64,000 nucleotides of DNA from Selaginella moellendorffii (Eukaryota > Plantae > Lycopodiophyta): contig NW_003314261.1 in assembly GCF_000143415.4 (NCBI RefSeq), positions 248,001-312,000 of the forward strand, read 5' to 3'. The position numbers and the translations under genes were made by a program. This document shows positions 61,309 to 64,000 of this stretch, in pieces. Below the pieces are notes generated by a model. It searched no databases. It saw only the letters and a program-made list of their open reading frames with translations, and was not told the origin of the DNA. The first letter of the stretch is position 1; the number at the start of each line of letters is the position of its first letter.

Positions 61309-61613
61309 TCTGTGGCCTTCTCGGATCTGGAGCGCGCTTAGATCTAAGCTCTACATCGCCCTAGCTACAGTGCTGGACGAGACAGCGCCCAGTCTCCTAG
61401 ATTCAGTCTAGCTGTACTCTACCTTGAATGGATCCATGGATCCAGCCTTCGAAGCTTCTCGATCTGCTGCTTCTCCGTTAGCGCGCGGAATCAGCCCAGC
61501 CCGACACTATCCCGTGGTTGACTCTGATATTCGATCTCGGATATGGCCACGTGGCACCTCCTATAACCACTGTGCTTCCCACCACACAAATTTAGGGTTC
61601 TTGACTAGGAGCG

Positions 61614-63890
61614 TTGACTAGCTCATACATGTGGAAGTGTTCTTCGTCTCTTTCTCCGCGCTTTTGGATACCAACGCCATCTTGGGTCCCTCCGGATCTC
61701 CTCCTCGCTCCTCTCTCTTGCCTGGATCGATCGCCCAGTTCGTCGCTATGGCTCGCGGCGGCCAAGGGATGCGGGATTGCCAAGGAGGTCGAGATTGGGA
61801 GGAATCTCGAGCTCCACAGGGGCGCCCAGCGATGGGGCCTCGATGCGATGGTGGCGAGTAACGCGCTCATCAGCATGTACGCGAAATGTGGGAGCGTGAC
61901 GGATGCGCGCGTGGTTTTCGATGGCATGCGCCGGCGGGATGTGGTGTCGTGGACGGCTCTCATTCTTGGCTATGTCGAGTCCGGGCAGGAAGAGGTGGCG
62001 CTCGCCTTGTTCTCGCGATCGCGATCGAGAGGGGAAGGAGGCTCTGGCTCGTCGTATCCTTGTGTTCCAGATGCTCGCCTCTTTGTCGCGGCTTTGAAAG
62101 CTTGCACGAGTCTGATCACGAGAGAGGAAGAAGATGGTGCTGGAATTAATGACTGTGATCGCTACAGGATCCTGGAAACTGGCAATGCCATTCACCACAA
62201 CGCAGTTGCCAGCGGCCACGCCTCCAATCTCTTCGTCCAAAACTCGCTGCTGGCAGTGTACGCCAAGTGTGGGAGCTTGGCGAGCGCGACCAGGATCTTC
62301 GAGGCCATGGCGGGTCATCGAGACGTGGTGTCGTGGAACTCGCTCATGCTCGGCTACGTAGACAGCGGCGAGCCACGCCTGGCATTGGACTTGTTTGCTC
62401 GAATGACGCAACGCTCCGTCGCCATCTCGCCGGACGCCAGGACTTTCCTCATCGCGATCAAGGCTTGCGCTGGGCTCGCAGCCGCCGAGGAGGGCGAGCT
62501 CCTTGCCGATGGAAAGCTAGCCAAGACGAAAGCGCTGGAATCGAGCATGGCGATTCACTCGCAGGCTCGCGCGTGCTCCCACACGGACATGTTCCTTGCC
62601 AACGCTCTGGTGACCAGCTATGCCAAGTGTGGGAGCCTGCTGGACGCTCGCGCGGCGTTTGACAAGGCTGTGTGTCACGACGTTGTCTCCTGGAATGCTT
62701 TGATCCTTGGCTGTGCCGAGAACGAGGAACCCGCGATGGCACTCGAGCTCCAGTCGCGAATGGAGGTTCCTTGCAAGCCCAATGCGCCAACCTTCGTGGC
62801 GGCGCTCAAGGCTTGCTCGATCATGGCCGCCAACGAAGATCTCGAGCCTCGCGACGCGAAGAAGAAGCAGCAAAGAACTAGAGCTGCTACACTCGAGCGA
62901 GGACGTGTTCTTCATTCCCAGATAGTTTCCTGTCGCTGCGAGGCAGACGTCTTCGTGGTCAGCGCGCTCGTTGACATGTACGCCAAGTGTGGAAGCATGG
63001 GCGATGCTCGGCGAGTGTTTGAGGAGACTTCCAGCCGCTCCAGGAACGTGGTTACTTGGAACTCGATCATACTGGGCTATGCCGACAATGGAGACGCGAG
63101 CTCGGCGCTGGAGCTGCTCGGCCGTATGGGTCTCGAAGGAGAGTGTCCGGCCCCGAATGCTTTGACGTTTGCTGCTGCTCTCAAGGCTGGTTGCGATGGT
63201 GCCGCCGGCTTGGAGACTGTCAAGGCGATCCACGCTCACGTAAGCCGGAGTGGAATGGAGGACGAGATCGTACAAACTTCGCTCGTCGATAGCTATGGCA
63301 AATGCGGTAGCATTGGCGACTGCGAGCTTGTCTTTGGTGGCCTGGTTCCATCCAGAAACTCCGTGACTTGGAACGCGCTCTTGGCAGGGCACAGTCGAGT
63401 GGGAGCTTTCCGCCGGACCGTGGAACTCTTTCATCAGATGCTGGAGGAGACAGTCCCGGTGAGCAGCGTCACCTTTGTGTGCCTTCTCACTGCTTGCAGT
63501 CACGCTGGCCTGGTCGACACTGGCCGCCGGTACTTCGAGCTCATGGTGTCCACCTTTGGAGTGAGTCCAAGCTTGGAGCACTACCACTGCCTGGTTGATA
63601 TGCTTGGTCGCGCTAACAGGATCAAGGAGGCCGTGGATGTGGTCGCTGCGATGCCTTTCAAACCCACTGTTGTCACTTGGACGACTGTTCTAAGCGCCTG
63701 TTGGAAGTGGAGAGACGTAGAACAAGGAAGGATGGCTTTTGAGAAGTTGGTGAGGCTGGACGGGAGGGACGATGCAGCTTGTTTGTTGATGGCAAAGCTC
63801 TATGGAAGCAAAGGAATGTGGGAGGAGCAACTCAAGATACAAGCCTTTAGCTGCAGAGAGATAGATAGCAATGCTCAGTATCATGGGTGA
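61614..63890 (+). CDS. PLS-class pentatricopeptide repeat protein (E-like end, no DYW)
   Basis: Intronless, with repeats NALISMYAKCGS..ARVVFD..RDVVSW, VTFVCLLTACSHAGLV and HYHCLVDMLGRA. The true start is uncertain (ATGs at 61629-61848). Confidence 0.9.
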   Translation: MTSSYMWKCSSSLSPRFWIPTPSWVPPDLLLAPLSCLDRSPSSSLWLAAAKGCGIAKEVEIGRNLELHRGAQRWGLDAMVASNALISMYAKCGSVTDARVVFDGMRRRDVVSWTALILGYVESGQEEVALALFSRSRSRGEGGSGSSYPCVPDARLFVAALKACTSLITREEEDGAGINDCDRYRILETGNAIHHNAVASGHASNLFVQNSLLAVYAKCGSLASATRIFEAMAGHRDVVSWNSLMLGYVDSGEPRLALDLFARMTQRSVAISPDARTFLIAIKACAGLAAAEEGELLADGKLAKTKALESSMAIHSQARACSHTDMFLANALVTSYAKCGSLLDARAAFDKAVCHDVVSWNALILGCAENEEPAMALELQSRMEVPCKPNAPTFVAALKACSIMAANEDLEPRDAKKKQQRTRAATLERGRVLHSQIVSCRCEADVFVVSALVDMYAKCGSMGDARRVFEETSSRSRNVVTWNSIILGYADNGDASSALELLGRMGLEGECPAPNALTFAAALKAGCDGAAGLETVKAIHAHVSRSGMEDEIVQTSLVDSYGKCGSIGDCELVFGGLVPSRNSVTWNALLAGHSRVGAFRRTVELFHQMLEETVPVSSVTFVCLLTACSHAGLVDTGRRYFELMVSTFGVSPSLEHYHCLVDMLGRANRIKEAVDVVAAMPFKPTVVTWTTVLSACWKWRDVEQGRMAFEKLVRLDGRDDAACLLMAKLYGSKGMWEEQLKIQAFSCREIDSNAQYHG

Positions 63891-64000
63891 TAACGCAATT
63901 CCGGATAAGTATTTGTGAAAACTGACAAGACGAAATGACCCTGGACGGGATAGCAAAATTCCCGATAGAAACTACAAGCAAATGGGGAAAACTGTCATAC

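Overview
Eukaryotic plant nuclear DNA. It is very gene-dense, with many short (~50-70 nt) GT-AG introns, tiny intergenic gaps and PLS-type PPR genes, which fits a compact lycophyte genome such as Selaginella (inference). About 24 intact genes: JmjC/JMJD7-like, SMARCAD1/CHR19, AUG3, an F-box-less Tubby, peroxisomal polyamine oxidase, DHNA-CoA thioesterase, AIPP1/EDM3-like RRM, METTL18-like, 2 PPRs, 2 GPT translocators, UFD1, TM9SF/TMN1, SUA, CSU2/C9orf78, root-cap LEA, DNA2, SEC14-like, ent-kaurene oxidase (CYP701), BES1/BZR1, COI1-like and two unusual orphans. A ~13 kb decayed island (37.7-50.5 kb) holds a Copia relic, PPR debris and a CDC20 pseudogene. The pseudogene is split by an AT-rich inverted-repeat element, which itself carries a full-length Ty3/Gypsy element with short LTRs, a tRNA-Ala PBS, a 4-bp TSD and a -1 frameshift signal. 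The most novel-looking items are (i) a stand-alone Venus-flytrap (ANF/LIVBP) ectodomain with one TM helix and a 16-aa tail, an NPR-C-like architecture, and (ii) a secreted Cys-rich GRGAG...LCY...GPVCW repeat protein sitting among GA, BR and JA pathway genes. All exon boundaries were read by eye and family calls rest on recalled motifs, so both need confirmation.
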